IMG/VR virus record: IMGVR_UViG_3300035703_000061
Location: 10,486 to 74,485 of that record
Reading direction: 5' to 3' (one strand)
DNA: 64,000 nt
Origin: a virus
This document shows positions 16,148 through 25,018 of the stretch, in pieces. The translations under genes were made by a program, and so were the position numbers. The first letter of the stretch is position 1, and every line of letters begins with the position of its first letter. Under the pieces are notes generated by a model. It searched no databases. It saw only the letters and a list, made by a program, of their open reading frames with translations, and had not been told where the DNA came from.

Positions 16148-16873
16148 ATGGATGTTTTAGTTGGAAGCACTGGCCTGATTGGAAGAGTGTTGCGCGAGCA
16201 TCATGACTTTGGCTACCTTTTTAATTCCAAAAACATTCATTTAGCACCGTCGCTTAAACAGGATATTGACGGGCTTTATTTGGCTTGTTTGCCGGCGGAG
16301 AAGTGGAAGGCAAATCAAGCACCAATGGCCGATTTCGACAATATGTATCGTGTTGTTACAAAAATAAAAGCATTAAAACCGAAGGAAGTCATCCTTTATT
16401 CCACTATTGATATTTACAGTCAGACTTATAAATACGTGGAAAACTTCCCAGAGATTCATGCCATTAATTATGGTTCCACGCGATACATTTTTGAGCTGTT
16501 AGTCAAGGCCGCATTCCCGGGATCTGTAATTACCATCATTCGTCTCCCTGCATTGTTTCATAGGCGCATTAAGAAAAACATTCTGTTTGATCTTCTCAAT
16601 GGCAACAACATTGAAAAAATTAACGCGAATTCTTGTTATCAATGGTACGATTTAAGGGATTTATGGCTTCACACTGAAGCCTGTCAAAAAGGCGGAGAGC
16701 ATCAATGGTTTTCCGAACCCATTGAAACTTTAGAAATTATTGACCGATGGTTCCCATGGACGAAGACAATCGTCGATTGCGGGCCGCGCATTGAATATAG
16801 CTATGGGCCTTATTTTTCCAGCAAAGAAACCACTTTGAAAAAGATGGAGGCATTTATCAATGCTTGGAATTAG
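16148..16873 (+). CDS. NAD-dependent epimerase/dehydratase-like protein
   Basis: LVGSTGLIG Rossmann motif, YSTIDIY, YGSTRYIFE, IRLPALF. Confidence 0.8.
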   Translation: MDVLVGSTGLIGRVLREHHDFGYLFNSKNIHLAPSLKQDIDGLYLACLPAEKWKANQAPMADFDNMYRVVTKIKALKPKEVILYSTIDIYSQTYKYVENFPEIHAINYGSTRYIFELLVKAAFPGSVITIIRLPALFHRRIKKNILFDLLNGNNIEKINANSCYQWYDLRDLWLHTEACQKGGEHQWFSEPIETLEIIDRWFPWTKTIVDCGPRIEYSYGPYFSSKETTLKKMEAFINAWN

Positions 16874-17600
16874 CGCGATTGGTTGGAAAGATGAAGAAGA
16901 GCATGAAATTTTAAGCGCCAATGCTGGCGCTTTTAATTTCATCGAGCTGGTGCCGTCTCGCATCTTTGCCAGAAACGAAGACTTTGGCGACATTGCAAAG
17001 CGCTATAGGGAGCATTATGGACTTTGGACTTATTCGGCTCAGGCGCTGTTCTACGACAGCGCCGTTCAAAGCTTTGAAGACACCGCTGCCACGCAAGAGC
17101 ATTTGCTGCGAGTGGTGAAGCTTGGATCGCTGATGGGCATTAAGCGCTTTGTTCTTGGAAGTCCCGCTTTACGCAGGGGAAGCCCGTCAAGCTTGATGGA
17201 GGTCTTGAGGCGTATGGATTCAATCCTGAACGCCAATGATGCCATTCTTTGCATTGAGCCCATTGCAAAAGCATTTGGCGGGAAGTATTTCCACACGGTC
17301 GAGGAGATTATCAATCACATTGATTTTTACAACTTGCGCAATGTAAAGACAATGCTTGATACAAATAACGCTTGGCTGCAGGGCGATAGTCCGACAAAGA
17401 TTATCAAACATTACTTCCGTTTCATTGCGCACGTCCATATCAGTGACACTGACAATGGTCCCATCTTGAACCAGTATGAACACAAGCAAATCAAACGGCT
17501 TTTAGTTGCAAGCAGCTACCAAGGCGGAATCACGCGCGAGCTTGTGAATGCTTCTCAGCACCATCGAGAATATCCGCTATTTAGACGGCTTTATGACTGA
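16860..17600 (+). CDS. sugar-phosphate isomerase/epimerase (xylose isomerase-like TIM barrel)
   Basis: IELVP, FVLGSPALR, LCIEP, MLDTNN, AHVHISD. Confidence 0.82.
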   Translation: MLGISAIGWKDEEEHEILSANAGAFNFIELVPSRIFARNEDFGDIAKRYREHYGLWTYSAQALFYDSAVQSFEDTAATQEHLLRVVKLGSLMGIKRFVLGSPALRRGSPSSLMEVLRRMDSILNANDAILCIEPIAKAFGGKYFHTVEEIINHIDFYNLRNVKTMLDTNNAWLQGDSPTKIIKHYFRFIAHVHISDTDNGPILNQYEHKQIKRLLVASSYQGGITRELVNASQHHREYPLFRRLYD

Positions 17601-18544
17601 GCAATAATTTGCCTGGCCATGCTTTCAATGGTATAGATGCCTTGAATTTTGCCCGTAAAGAAAGAGAATAGATTTTCGTCTTGACGCATCAATGGCGTAC
17701 GATTGGCGCTGCAGTCTTTCGTCTTTGCTTTAATTGAGAGAGTGGGAAATAGATAGTCAAAGCTATCAGCAAAATCTGGCCAATAGCGCTCCACGTGTTG
17801 CTCAATCAATTGCCTTGCATTGTCTGCATTATCGAGCAAGTTGTCGTTCATAATACCATGTTTCACATGACTTAATGAGAAGCATTTGTCGTTATATGGA
17901 TAGATGGAAAATAGTTCTCCATCAATGTAGGTGAGGGCACCGAATGGAAGAGGTTTTTTGGAGCGGTAAATAAACATTGCCACTGCTTCAAAGAAGTGAG
18001 AGGGCAATGGCTCCAGGAGTGCATTATTGGTGCAATCAAAAACAAAATCGTAATCTTGCTTCAACGCTTTCAAATTGCATTGCTGAATTCGCTCTTTTTT
18101 GACCAGTGGTTCTAGGCACCATTGAAAATATAGGCTTGCTCCAATGGCATCAATGCGCTTTTCGGGAGTGGCCAGTAAAAGCGATGTGTGGTTAAAAGCT
18201 TGTGGATCTAACTGAGCATGCGGACCATTCCCGAAAATAATGGAAATAGTTTCAGCATCAAGAAGACTTTCATCTTCCGACACTGCGTAGTAATTATTCT
18301 CCACGTCATGGACAAGGTCACCATAGTCCTCCATGAAGCGCGCAAAAGTGGTGGCACACAAGCGGCGAGTGGCAGCATTTCTGGCATAGTGATAGCCATA
18401 GTGCAAGCGGTTTTGATTGATAAAAGAAGTTTCTGAAATGAGCGTATGATTCTTTTCATACAGCGTCACTTCCATCTCATCGCGGAATGTCATTGCTAAA
18501 TGACATCCCACCCAGCCTCCGCCAATAATTGCTACGCGCTTCAT
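17591..18544 (-). CDS. FAD-dependent oxidoreductase
   Basis: IIGGGWVGC, TLYEK, SFINQNRLHYGYHY, TGKI. Confidence 0.85.
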   Translation of the reverse strand: MKRVAIIGGGWVGCHLAMTFRDEMEVTLYEKNHTLISETSFINQNRLHYGYHYARNAATRRLCATTFARFMEDYGDLVHDVENNYYAVSEDESLLDAETISIIFGNGPHAQLDPQAFNHTSLLLATPEKRIDAIGASLYFQWCLEPLVKKERIQQCNLKALKQDYDFVFDCTNNALLEPLPSHFFEAVAMFIYRSKKPLPFGALTYIDGELFSIYPYNDKCFSLSHVKHGIMNDNLLDNADNARQLIEQHVERYWPDFADSFDYLFPTLSIKAKTKDCSANRTPLMRQDENLFSFFTGKIQGIYTIESMARQIIAQS

Positions 18545-19239
18545 CAGATGTCAATGCAAAGGTGGGGTTGAACGCCTTGCCAGTTGCTTTTGGCTTTAGC
18601 GAGGTGCAGTTGCGGGAAGTATTCGATGCGGCGCTGCATGCCAGTGCCGTATGGATCTGCGTGCCCCTGATAGTTCCATTCATCAGGGCCGTGCTTGTTT
18701 GGATGGTAAATGTGGCAAGGCACGTCCTGAAGCTTCCAGAGCATGTAGTCTTCGTTTGGTACGCCCCACTGCTTCCATTGCTGCAATGCTTCAGGAGAGC
18801 TGTCTAGGTTCTTGATGGCCATTAAGCGCTCCTTGTGGACCATGAGGTAGTCGTAACGATAAAGACCGATGCTCATTGACGGCGTTTGCTTCATTGCCAC
18901 TTTCTCTGGAGCATCTACAGGAGGCTCATAAGCCAATGCCTTAAAGAGGGGGCCTGCGATGCACGTGTCATGGAGGAGAAACCAATACGGGCTCTCCATC
19001 GAATGCTCCACAATTTCAATAAGCGGCGTGTATTCAAAGGAATTCTGCTGCGTCAGCAGCATTGGCACCCCTTTATAGCTTGTATCAGCGCGAACAGTTT
19101 GACCGCCATTGACGATCAAAATTTCCTCTTGCTTAATGCCAGCAGCAAGCAAGCTAGGAATGATGACGGGAATGGTATGCGGGGCAAATTTCTTGCACGT
19201 GCTGATGCAAAAGCGTATCGAGCCAAGTGGTAATGTCAT
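18544..19239 (-). CDS. putative GT-A-like glycosyltransferase
   Basis: SLLAAGI..ILIVNGG, NSFEYT, WFLLHDT, NEDY; cluster context. Confidence 0.55.
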   Translation of the reverse strand: MTLPLGSIRFCISTCKKFAPHTIPVIIPSLLAAGIKQEEILIVNGGQTVRADTSYKGVPMLLTQQNSFEYTPLIEIVEHSMESPYWFLLHDTCIAGPLFKALAYEPPVDAPEKVAMKQTPSMSIGLYRYDYLMVHKERLMAIKNLDSSPEALQQWKQWGVPNEDYMLWKLQDVPCHIYHPNKHGPDEWNYQGHADPYGTGMQRRIEYFPQLHLAKAKSNWQGVQPHLCIDI

Positions 19240-19299
19240 TTGCCTCCTTTTGCCATCAGTATAAAAGCTCCTTAAGATGACGAAGATTCAGAGGAGACT

Positions 19300-20523
19300 A
19301 TGGCTCGGATTCTTTATTGTGGCGATGCGTTTGTAGAGACAGGCTTTGGGCGAGTGGCGCAATATTTGCTTCCTGCATTGGCAGAAGAGCATGAAGTGGC
19401 AGTATTAGCAGTTAACTACCATGGAGACCCCTGTCCGGAAGCGAAGAACTATACGGTTTATCCTGCCATGCTGCATGGCAATGATCCGTTTGGCTCCCAT
19501 CGCATTACAGGCGTCATTCAAGCCTTCAAGCCGGATCTTGTATGGGTGACTAATGACATCTGGATTGCCTTGCAACTATGGGAAAGGGCAAAACCATTGA
19601 AGGAGCAGCTTGGCTTCAAATGGTTTGTCTACACTCCCATTGATTCTTACGGCTTGTTTCCAGACCTGGCTAAGCCCATGATGGAATGGGATGGTCTTGC
19701 CACTTATACGGAATTCGCTAAGAAAGAGCTTGAGCTAATGGGCTACACAAAGCCCGTGCGCATTATTGGACATGGCACCGACTTTACGAAATTCTTTCCA
19801 ATGGACAAGGAAGAATGTCGCAAAAAGCTTGGCGTGCCAGATGATGTGTTCGTCGTGTTCAATGGCAACAGGAACCAACCGCGCAAGCGCATTGACTTAA
19901 CAATTAAGGCGTTCATCAAATTTGCCAAAGACAAGGACGACGCTCGCCTATGGCTCAATATGGGCAGTAAGGATTTGGGATGGGAATTGGTGCCGCTCTT
20001 TAAACGAGTGGCACGTGACGAAGGCTTCGATCCCACTAGCAAGCTTATTTTGACGAGCCCGCACTTCTCGGTTGATAACTGCCTTCCCGTTGAGCAGCTT
20101 AATCAAGTGTATAACGCTGCCGATATTGGCATTAACACTTGCATTGGTGAGGGATGGGGCTTGGTCAATTCAGAGCATGGCGCCACTGGCGTGGCGCAAG
20201 TGGTTCCTGACCATACAAGCCTGGCTGAAATCTTTGATGAGATGCCTCGCATTGAATGCAATGCCAGCGAAACTGATAGGAACTATGGCTTAGAGCGCTT
20301 GCTTCCAGATCCTGAATGCGCCGCAAATATTCTCACTTACTACTACGAGAACCGCGACATTCTGAAGCAGCATGGACAATGGTGCTACAAACGCCTCCAT
20401 GAAGAACCGTTTACATGGCCCTACATTCAGCAGCAGCTTAAAGATGCAGTGAACGAAACGCTTGCTGCTAAGCCTGCAGAGCCTGAATTTAAGGGCTTTG
20501 GTACTCCCGCCAAGATTGTTTGA
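19300..20523 (+). CDS. GT4-like (GT-B) glycosyltransferase
   Basis: TGFGRV, HGTD, NRNQPRKRID, YNAADIG..GEGWGLVNSE. Confidence 0.9.
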   Translation: MARILYCGDAFVETGFGRVAQYLLPALAEEHEVAVLAVNYHGDPCPEAKNYTVYPAMLHGNDPFGSHRITGVIQAFKPDLVWVTNDIWIALQLWERAKPLKEQLGFKWFVYTPIDSYGLFPDLAKPMMEWDGLATYTEFAKKELELMGYTKPVRIIGHGTDFTKFFPMDKEECRKKLGVPDDVFVVFNGNRNQPRKRIDLTIKAFIKFAKDKDDARLWLNMGSKDLGWELVPLFKRVARDEGFDPTSKLILTSPHFSVDNCLPVEQLNQVYNAADIGINTCIGEGWGLVNSEHGATGVAQVVPDHTSLAEIFDEMPRIECNASETDRNYGLERLLPDPECAANILTYYYENRDILKQHGQWCYKRLHEEPFTWPYIQQQLKDAVNETLAAKPAEPEFKGFGTPAKIV

Positions 20524-20528
20524 TTGCC

Positions 20529-21245
20529 ATGCAGATTTCACAAATCTTTCTTTCTACTGACCCAGCAGAAAAGCTGAGTCCATTTCTCAAGCATGCCACG
20601 GGAACTATTGACGCATGCTTCCCCGATGCTGAGCATGTCATTTACAACAGCGATACGCTTCGTTCTTTCATCGCCGAGAACTATGAAGAGGAAGTGGTGT
20701 GGGCATATGATTGCTTGGCGCCATTCTCTTACAAGGCGGATCTTGGTCGATTCTGCTTGCTGAATAAACTTGGAGGCTGGTATTTTGATATTGGCGTGAG
20801 GGCCTTTAATGCAGTGGATCTTGGTGATCGCATTGAATTTTTGGCTTTCCGTGATATTCAACGCTTTAGCTACACAAGCTGGGCCTGTGCCACAACTGTG
20901 CTCTATTCCAAGCCAGACAATGCAGCGCTGCAAACTGCCATTGACATGATTGTGGCTAATTGTATTCAGCAATACTATGGCATCACGCCATTGTGCCCCA
21001 CTGGTCCTACGCTTTTAGGCAAAGCTCTTGCTGTAAATGGCAGCCAAGCTAACTTTGTCTATGGTGATTATCTTGAGTTGACGCCGACGCACGGTCAGAA
21101 GAACCGAGCGTTCGTGCTTCCTGATGGCACGATTATGGCCTGGAGCAAGCCTGCAGGAGGCGGTGATCTCACTGGGCTTGGTGCTAGGGGCGTGAACAAT
21201 TACAACGAACTGTGGGCTGCGAGGAAAGTCTATGCAACCGTCTGA
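20529..21245 (+). CDS. GT32-like (DXD sugar-binding type) glycosyltransferase
   Basis: KADLGRFCLLNKLGGWYFD, PTGPTLLG. Confidence 0.8.
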   Translation: MQISQIFLSTDPAEKLSPFLKHATGTIDACFPDAEHVIYNSDTLRSFIAENYEEEVVWAYDCLAPFSYKADLGRFCLLNKLGGWYFDIGVRAFNAVDLGDRIEFLAFRDIQRFSYTSWACATTVLYSKPDNAALQTAIDMIVANCIQQYYGITPLCPTGPTLLGKALAVNGSQANFVYGDYLELTPTHGQKNRAFVLPDGTIMAWSKPAGGGDLTGLGARGVNNYNELWAARKVYATV

Positions 21246-21948
21246 CTACACTATTTATGCCGTGTGCATTCCCGGCGAGAAAGTGAGGTATGAAGCTCGC
21301 TCTCGCATCGTTCCCATTATGGGAGGAGCATATGCCTTGTCTAATGAGGAGCGTGAAACGCTCCGTGCGCAAGGTTATGTGTTTGACGATGAGAATGCTT
21401 CTCTTTCCACTCGCAATAGTCGATGGGGAGAATTGTCCTGTATTTCTTGGATGATTCTCAATGCCAATGAGAAGAACATTGGCAACGCACAGTACAGGCG
21501 CAATTGGTTGGAGCCAAATGATCAATGGTACGACGAAAATACCTTGTACTTTCCAGAGCCTGCATTGTTTAATTGCACACTTGAGCAGCAGTTCTATGGT
21601 GGACATTCCGCTTTTGACGCCCCTGCGATCACCAGGGAAATTGCGGATTCAGGAAGCTGGATCTTTTCAAGACAAGAAATTGATGCCATTTGGAAGCAGA
21701 ATAGCTTTATCGGCTGCAACATGGCCAGAGGAGGCAATGTTCAATACAAGCAATTTATGAGCGCACTATTCGTTGCATTGGCTCCTATTTGGCACAAGCA
21801 CGAGGAGCAGTTTCTTCGCATTGGAGGCTATGACAAGCGGGCGTTAGCTTTTATTGCTGAACGCCTTATTACTGGCATGGTTTTGTATCGTGACAAACTT
21901 TTTCCAGGCATGAATATTGCCACTGCTCCTATAGGATTCATCCATTGA
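21232..21948 (+). CDS. DUF4422-like putative glycosyltransferase
   Basis: FDDEN..STRNSRWGELS, IGNAQYRR, CNM, RALAFIAERL. Confidence 0.72.
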   Translation: MQPSDYTIYAVCIPGEKVRYEARSRIVPIMGGAYALSNEERETLRAQGYVFDDENASLSTRNSRWGELSCISWMILNANEKNIGNAQYRRNWLEPNDQWYDENTLYFPEPALFNCTLEQQFYGGHSAFDAPAITREIADSGSWIFSRQEIDAIWKQNSFIGCNMARGGNVQYKQFMSALFVALAPIWHKHEEQFLRIGGYDKRALAFIAERLITGMVLYRDKLFPGMNIATAPIGFIH

Positions 21949-21974
21949 TTATGCTTAAGAAAAGCATTTTGACC

Positions 21975-22244
21975 ATGACTAAGAAGGAGAAGCAGGCAAA
22001 AATTGCTCGTGTTTTGCGCGAGTTTAAAGCTGGAAAGCTCAAAGGAAGCGACAAAAAGCCTATAACAAATCGTCGCCAAGCAATTGCCATCGCCCTCTCC
22101 GAAGCCGGTATGTCAATGAAAGGCAAAAGCGATGCTTACATTGATGCCTACATTGATACCATGATGTGCATGGAAGTAGAGGAGCCCGAGGAAGAGAATG
22201 GTATGGAAGAGGAAATGGATGGGAGCTGCGGAAAAAAGCGCTGA
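21975..22244 (+). CDS. DUF6496-like small head-region protein (zero-frame product)
   Basis: KIARVLREFKAGKLKGS..NRRQAIAIALSEAG with an acidic tail. Confidence 0.7.
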   Translation: MTKKEKQAKIARVLREFKAGKLKGSDKKPITNRRQAIAIALSEAGMSMKGKSDAYIDAYIDTMMCMEVEEPEEENGMEEEMDGSCGKKR

Positions 22245-22591
22245 GGGGAGACGCTGAAAGCTTCTCCCCTCCTGCTGCTGTAAGGAGTGCCGCTCGTCGT
22301 GGTTTAGAACTACGCAAGAAGCACGGCAAAGGCGGCTTGACGACGCAGGAGGCGGGGAAGCAGGGCATTGGTAGCGGAGTGGCTAGGGCTACAAGCTTGG
22401 CAAATGGAGAGAAAGTGAGCTACGCCACCATCAAGAGAATGGCAGCGTTTTTTTCTCGCCATCGAAAGAATAAAAGTGGTGGAGAAGATGATGCAGGGCG
22501 AATCGCATGGCTGCTCTGGGGATCAGACGCAGGAGAGTCTTGGGCTCGACGCATCATTAAAATGGTGGAAAGTCGAAATAAAGACCAATGA
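22229..22591 (+). CDS. basic phage head-region domain, probably reached by -1 frameshift from the 21975 ORF
   Basis: PPAAVRSAARRGLELRKK..GVARA..KRMAAFFSRH..GRIAWLLWG; no in-frame ATG before the domain. Confidence 0.7.
   Translation, partial: RKKALRGDAESFSPPAAVRSAARRGLELRKKHGKGGLTTQEAGKQGIGSGVARATSLANGEKVSYATIKRMAAFFSRHRKNKSGGEDDAGRIAWLLWGSDAGESWARRIIKMVESRNKDQ
22232..22271 (+). promoter_or_regulatory. predicted -1 programmed ribosomal frameshift signal
   Basis: In-frame A_AAA_AAG at 22232-22238; 9 bp stem GAGGGGAGA/TCTCCCCTC 4 nt downstream; GGGAG upstream. Confidence 0.7.
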
Positions 22592-22902
22592 GCGAATACG
22601 TGCGCGTTATCGAACAAGAAGACGAAGGCATTGGTCTAATGCAGGCTTTGTCCATTCTTTCCGCCAACGAACATCGCAACACTTCACGCTGGGAGCTTGT
22701 TGAAAAGCAATGCTTCAAGAATGGCCGTCTCGACGAAACTCACATCTATGTGATGAGTGTTTACGACAAGCCTGATCCTCATTTTGATCCAACAAAATTC
22801 CTCACTTTTGAAATTGAGGCAATGGCGAAGTCATATATTATGGAAGGCATTGAGGATCAACTACGCGACCTTCGTGGCGATGATGATGACGAAGAGGATT
22901 AA
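22588..22902 (+). CDS. hypothetical acidic protein
   Basis: 104 aa ORF, ATGA-coupled. Confidence 0.7.
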   Translation: MSEYVRVIEQEDEGIGLMQALSILSANEHRNTSRWELVEKQCFKNGRLDETHIYVMSVYDKPDPHFDPTKFLTFEIEAMAKSYIMEGIEDQLRDLRGDDDDEED

Positions 22903-23183
22903 TCGCGCTTCGCATTAAGAATGAACGATGGGTAGCCCATCAGCCACAGCACGCTAATTCCATAGAGTCCACTGAGAGTGCGAATTTGCACGCAGTCAGG
23001 AGCGAGTTCTGCACGTTCCATTCGAGAATAAGAACTCTGACTTGTATGCAAAGCTTCCGCTACATTCTTCTGTGAAAGCCCGCTGTTAAGGCGGGCTTCT
23101 TTAATGCGAGAAGCAATGAGAAGACGAGCCTGCTGATGAGGCATTTTAAGCACATCGGCATTGCTCTTCTTAAGGAACATCAT
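22899..23183 (-). CDS. XRE-family HTH transcriptional regulator
   Basis: RIKEARLNSGLSQKNVAEALHTSQSSYSRMERAE..LSGLYGISVLWL. Confidence 0.85.
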   Translation of the reverse strand: MMFLKKSNADVLKMPHQQARLLIASRIKEARLNSGLSQKNVAEALHTSQSSYSRMERAELAPDCVQIRTLSGLYGISVLWLMGYPSFILNAKRD

Positions 23184-23245
23184 TTTCTAGTCAGTTCTGA
23201 ATAGTTGTTTTTATAATAAACTAAGTTTATTAGTAAAGTGAGTAT

Positions 23246-24439
23246 ATGAGCACCGCATCTTGTCGCTACGATTTCTCGCCCATTGAGAAATATGAGGTGA
23301 CGCCCGAAGGTTACCTTCGGGCTTGGGCCTCGATTGCTCGCACTGGCATTCAGCTCTACACAGATGCTGATGGCTCAGTGCGTCGTGAATACAGGCCTGA
23401 AGAAGAAGTGGCCTCTCCCGCGAGCCTAGCCTCTTTTGCTGGCAAGGCCGTAACCGCCGAACATCCGCCCGTTCTTCTAGATGCTGACAATACTAAAGAC
23501 TACCAAGTAGGATTTAGCGGCACTGAAGTGGTGTATGACAATGGTTTTGTCAAGGCTGTGATGACAATCACGGACCAAGATGCCATTGATCGTATTATGC
23601 GCGGCGATGCTCGTGAAGTTAGCGCTGGCTACAGGGTTAATTATGATCCAACGCCAGGCGTTACCGATAGCGGTGAGCATTACGACGGCATCCAAAAGGA
23701 AATCGTTGGAAATCACATCGCCGTTGTTCGACGGGGCCGTGCTGGCCCACAGGTGAAGCTCCATCTTGATCGTCAAGATGCCGCCGATCCATCTTTAATT
23801 CAAAACACCGAGGAACGTCTTATGACTGCAAAAGTCGTATTCGACGGCGCCGAGTTTGAGGTGAGCGAGAGCGTTGCTCTTGCGATCACCAAAGAACGGG
23901 AAGATGGCCGTATGTCCTATGAGGACATGAAGAAGAAGTACGATGGTATGGTGGCCGAAGCTTCCAAAATGAAGGAAGAAATGGACGCCATGGAAAAGGA
24001 AATGAAGGGCAAGTGCGATTCCGCTGAGGGTCGTGCTGATGCTCTGGCAGAACAAGTTGAAGAACTGACTGCTGAACTGGCTGCCGCCAAGGAGATCAAC
24101 CTTGATTCCATGGTGGAAGAGCGTGTGGCTCTCATCGAGAAGGCTAAGCCTGTTCTTGATGCTGCTTATGCTTTCGCTGGCAAAACTGCCCGTGAAGTGA
24201 TGGTTGATTCCATCAAAGCAGTGCGTGGCGATGAGCTTGATCTTTCTGAGAAGAGCGACGACTACGTACAGGCAATGTTTGACACCCTTTCTGAGGGTCG
24301 CAAAGATTCTGCCACCACTGACGAGCTGCGCAAAGCCGTAGCTTCCATTGCTTCTCCGAAGTCTGCACCTTCGTCCTATATGGACATGCTGCAGAATGCT
24401 TGGAAGAAGCCCCTTTCCATCTCCAAGGAGGCTAAGTAA
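23246..24439 (+). CDS. DUF2213-type prohead protease/scaffold
   Basis: TPEGYL..ARTGIQLY, YRPEEEV, VTAEHP, EVSAGY, NHIAVVRRGRAGP; coiled-coil C-terminus. Confidence 0.88.
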   Translation: MSTASCRYDFSPIEKYEVTPEGYLRAWASIARTGIQLYTDADGSVRREYRPEEEVASPASLASFAGKAVTAEHPPVLLDADNTKDYQVGFSGTEVVYDNGFVKAVMTITDQDAIDRIMRGDAREVSAGYRVNYDPTPGVTDSGEHYDGIQKEIVGNHIAVVRRGRAGPQVKLHLDRQDAADPSLIQNTEERLMTAKVVFDGAEFEVSESVALAITKEREDGRMSYEDMKKKYDGMVAEASKMKEEMDAMEKEMKGKCDSAEGRADALAEQVEELTAELAAAKEINLDSMVEERVALIEKAKPVLDAAYAFAGKTAREVMVDSIKAVRGDELDLSEKSDDYVQAMFDTLSEGRKDSATTDELRKAVASIASPKSAPSSYMDMLQNAWKKPLSISKEAK

Positions 24440-24441
24440 TT

Positions 24442-25002
24442 ATGGCCGTAACTTTCTCTGCTTCGGGCACTGCCTCCGCTGGCGGCGTGCAACAGGCTTA
24501 TAGCCTGCAGCACAATGCACTGCTGGAAGGTCAACTGTCTGACATCCGCGACAACACTATCACCACTCGGCTTAACGAGACCGGCGCTGTTATTCCTTTC
24601 GGCAATCTTGTCGTTTACAACACTGCTGGTACCGTTGCTAATTCTGCTACTACCATCTCTGGCGCTTCTGACACTGTGCTGGGCGTTAACGTCCTCACCT
24701 ATGTTGATGAAACCGCTCTGGATGCAAATAGCCGGCCTGGCGTGAAGAACCAGCAAGCCATGAACGTGGCCAATGAAGGTGCAGTTGCTGTTTATGTGAC
24801 TGGCGCTGTTACTCCCGCATCTCCCGTGCGCGTGCTGTATTCCGCTAGCGGCACTGGCAAGGTTGGTCAGTTCTCCCATGCTTTTGCATCGGGCAAAACT
24901 GTTCGCCTCGCTAACGCTCGTTTCCTTACCTCCACGACTGGCAGCGGTCTCGCTGTTCTGGAGCTGAACGGTCCGAGCTTCACCCTCTCTGCTGATTCTT
25001 GA
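24442..25002 (+). CDS. capsid decoration/cement protein
   Basis: Between protease and capsid; IPFGNLVV, MNVANEGAVAV. Confidence 0.75.
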   Translation: MAVTFSASGTASAGGVQQAYSLQHNALLEGQLSDIRDNTITTRLNETGAVIPFGNLVVYNTAGTVANSATTISGASDTVLGVNVLTYVDETALDANSRPGVKNQQAMNVANEGAVAVYVTGAVTPASPVRVLYSASGTGKVGQFSHAFASGKTVRLANARFLTSTTGSGLAVLELNGPSFTLSADS

Positions 25003-25018
25003 TAGGAGGCTCTTAAAA

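Noticed and set aside
22899-23183. Prophage or lysogeny module
   Set aside because: No integrase, att-like junction or host genes in the window; temperate lifestyle cannot be excluded from this segment alone
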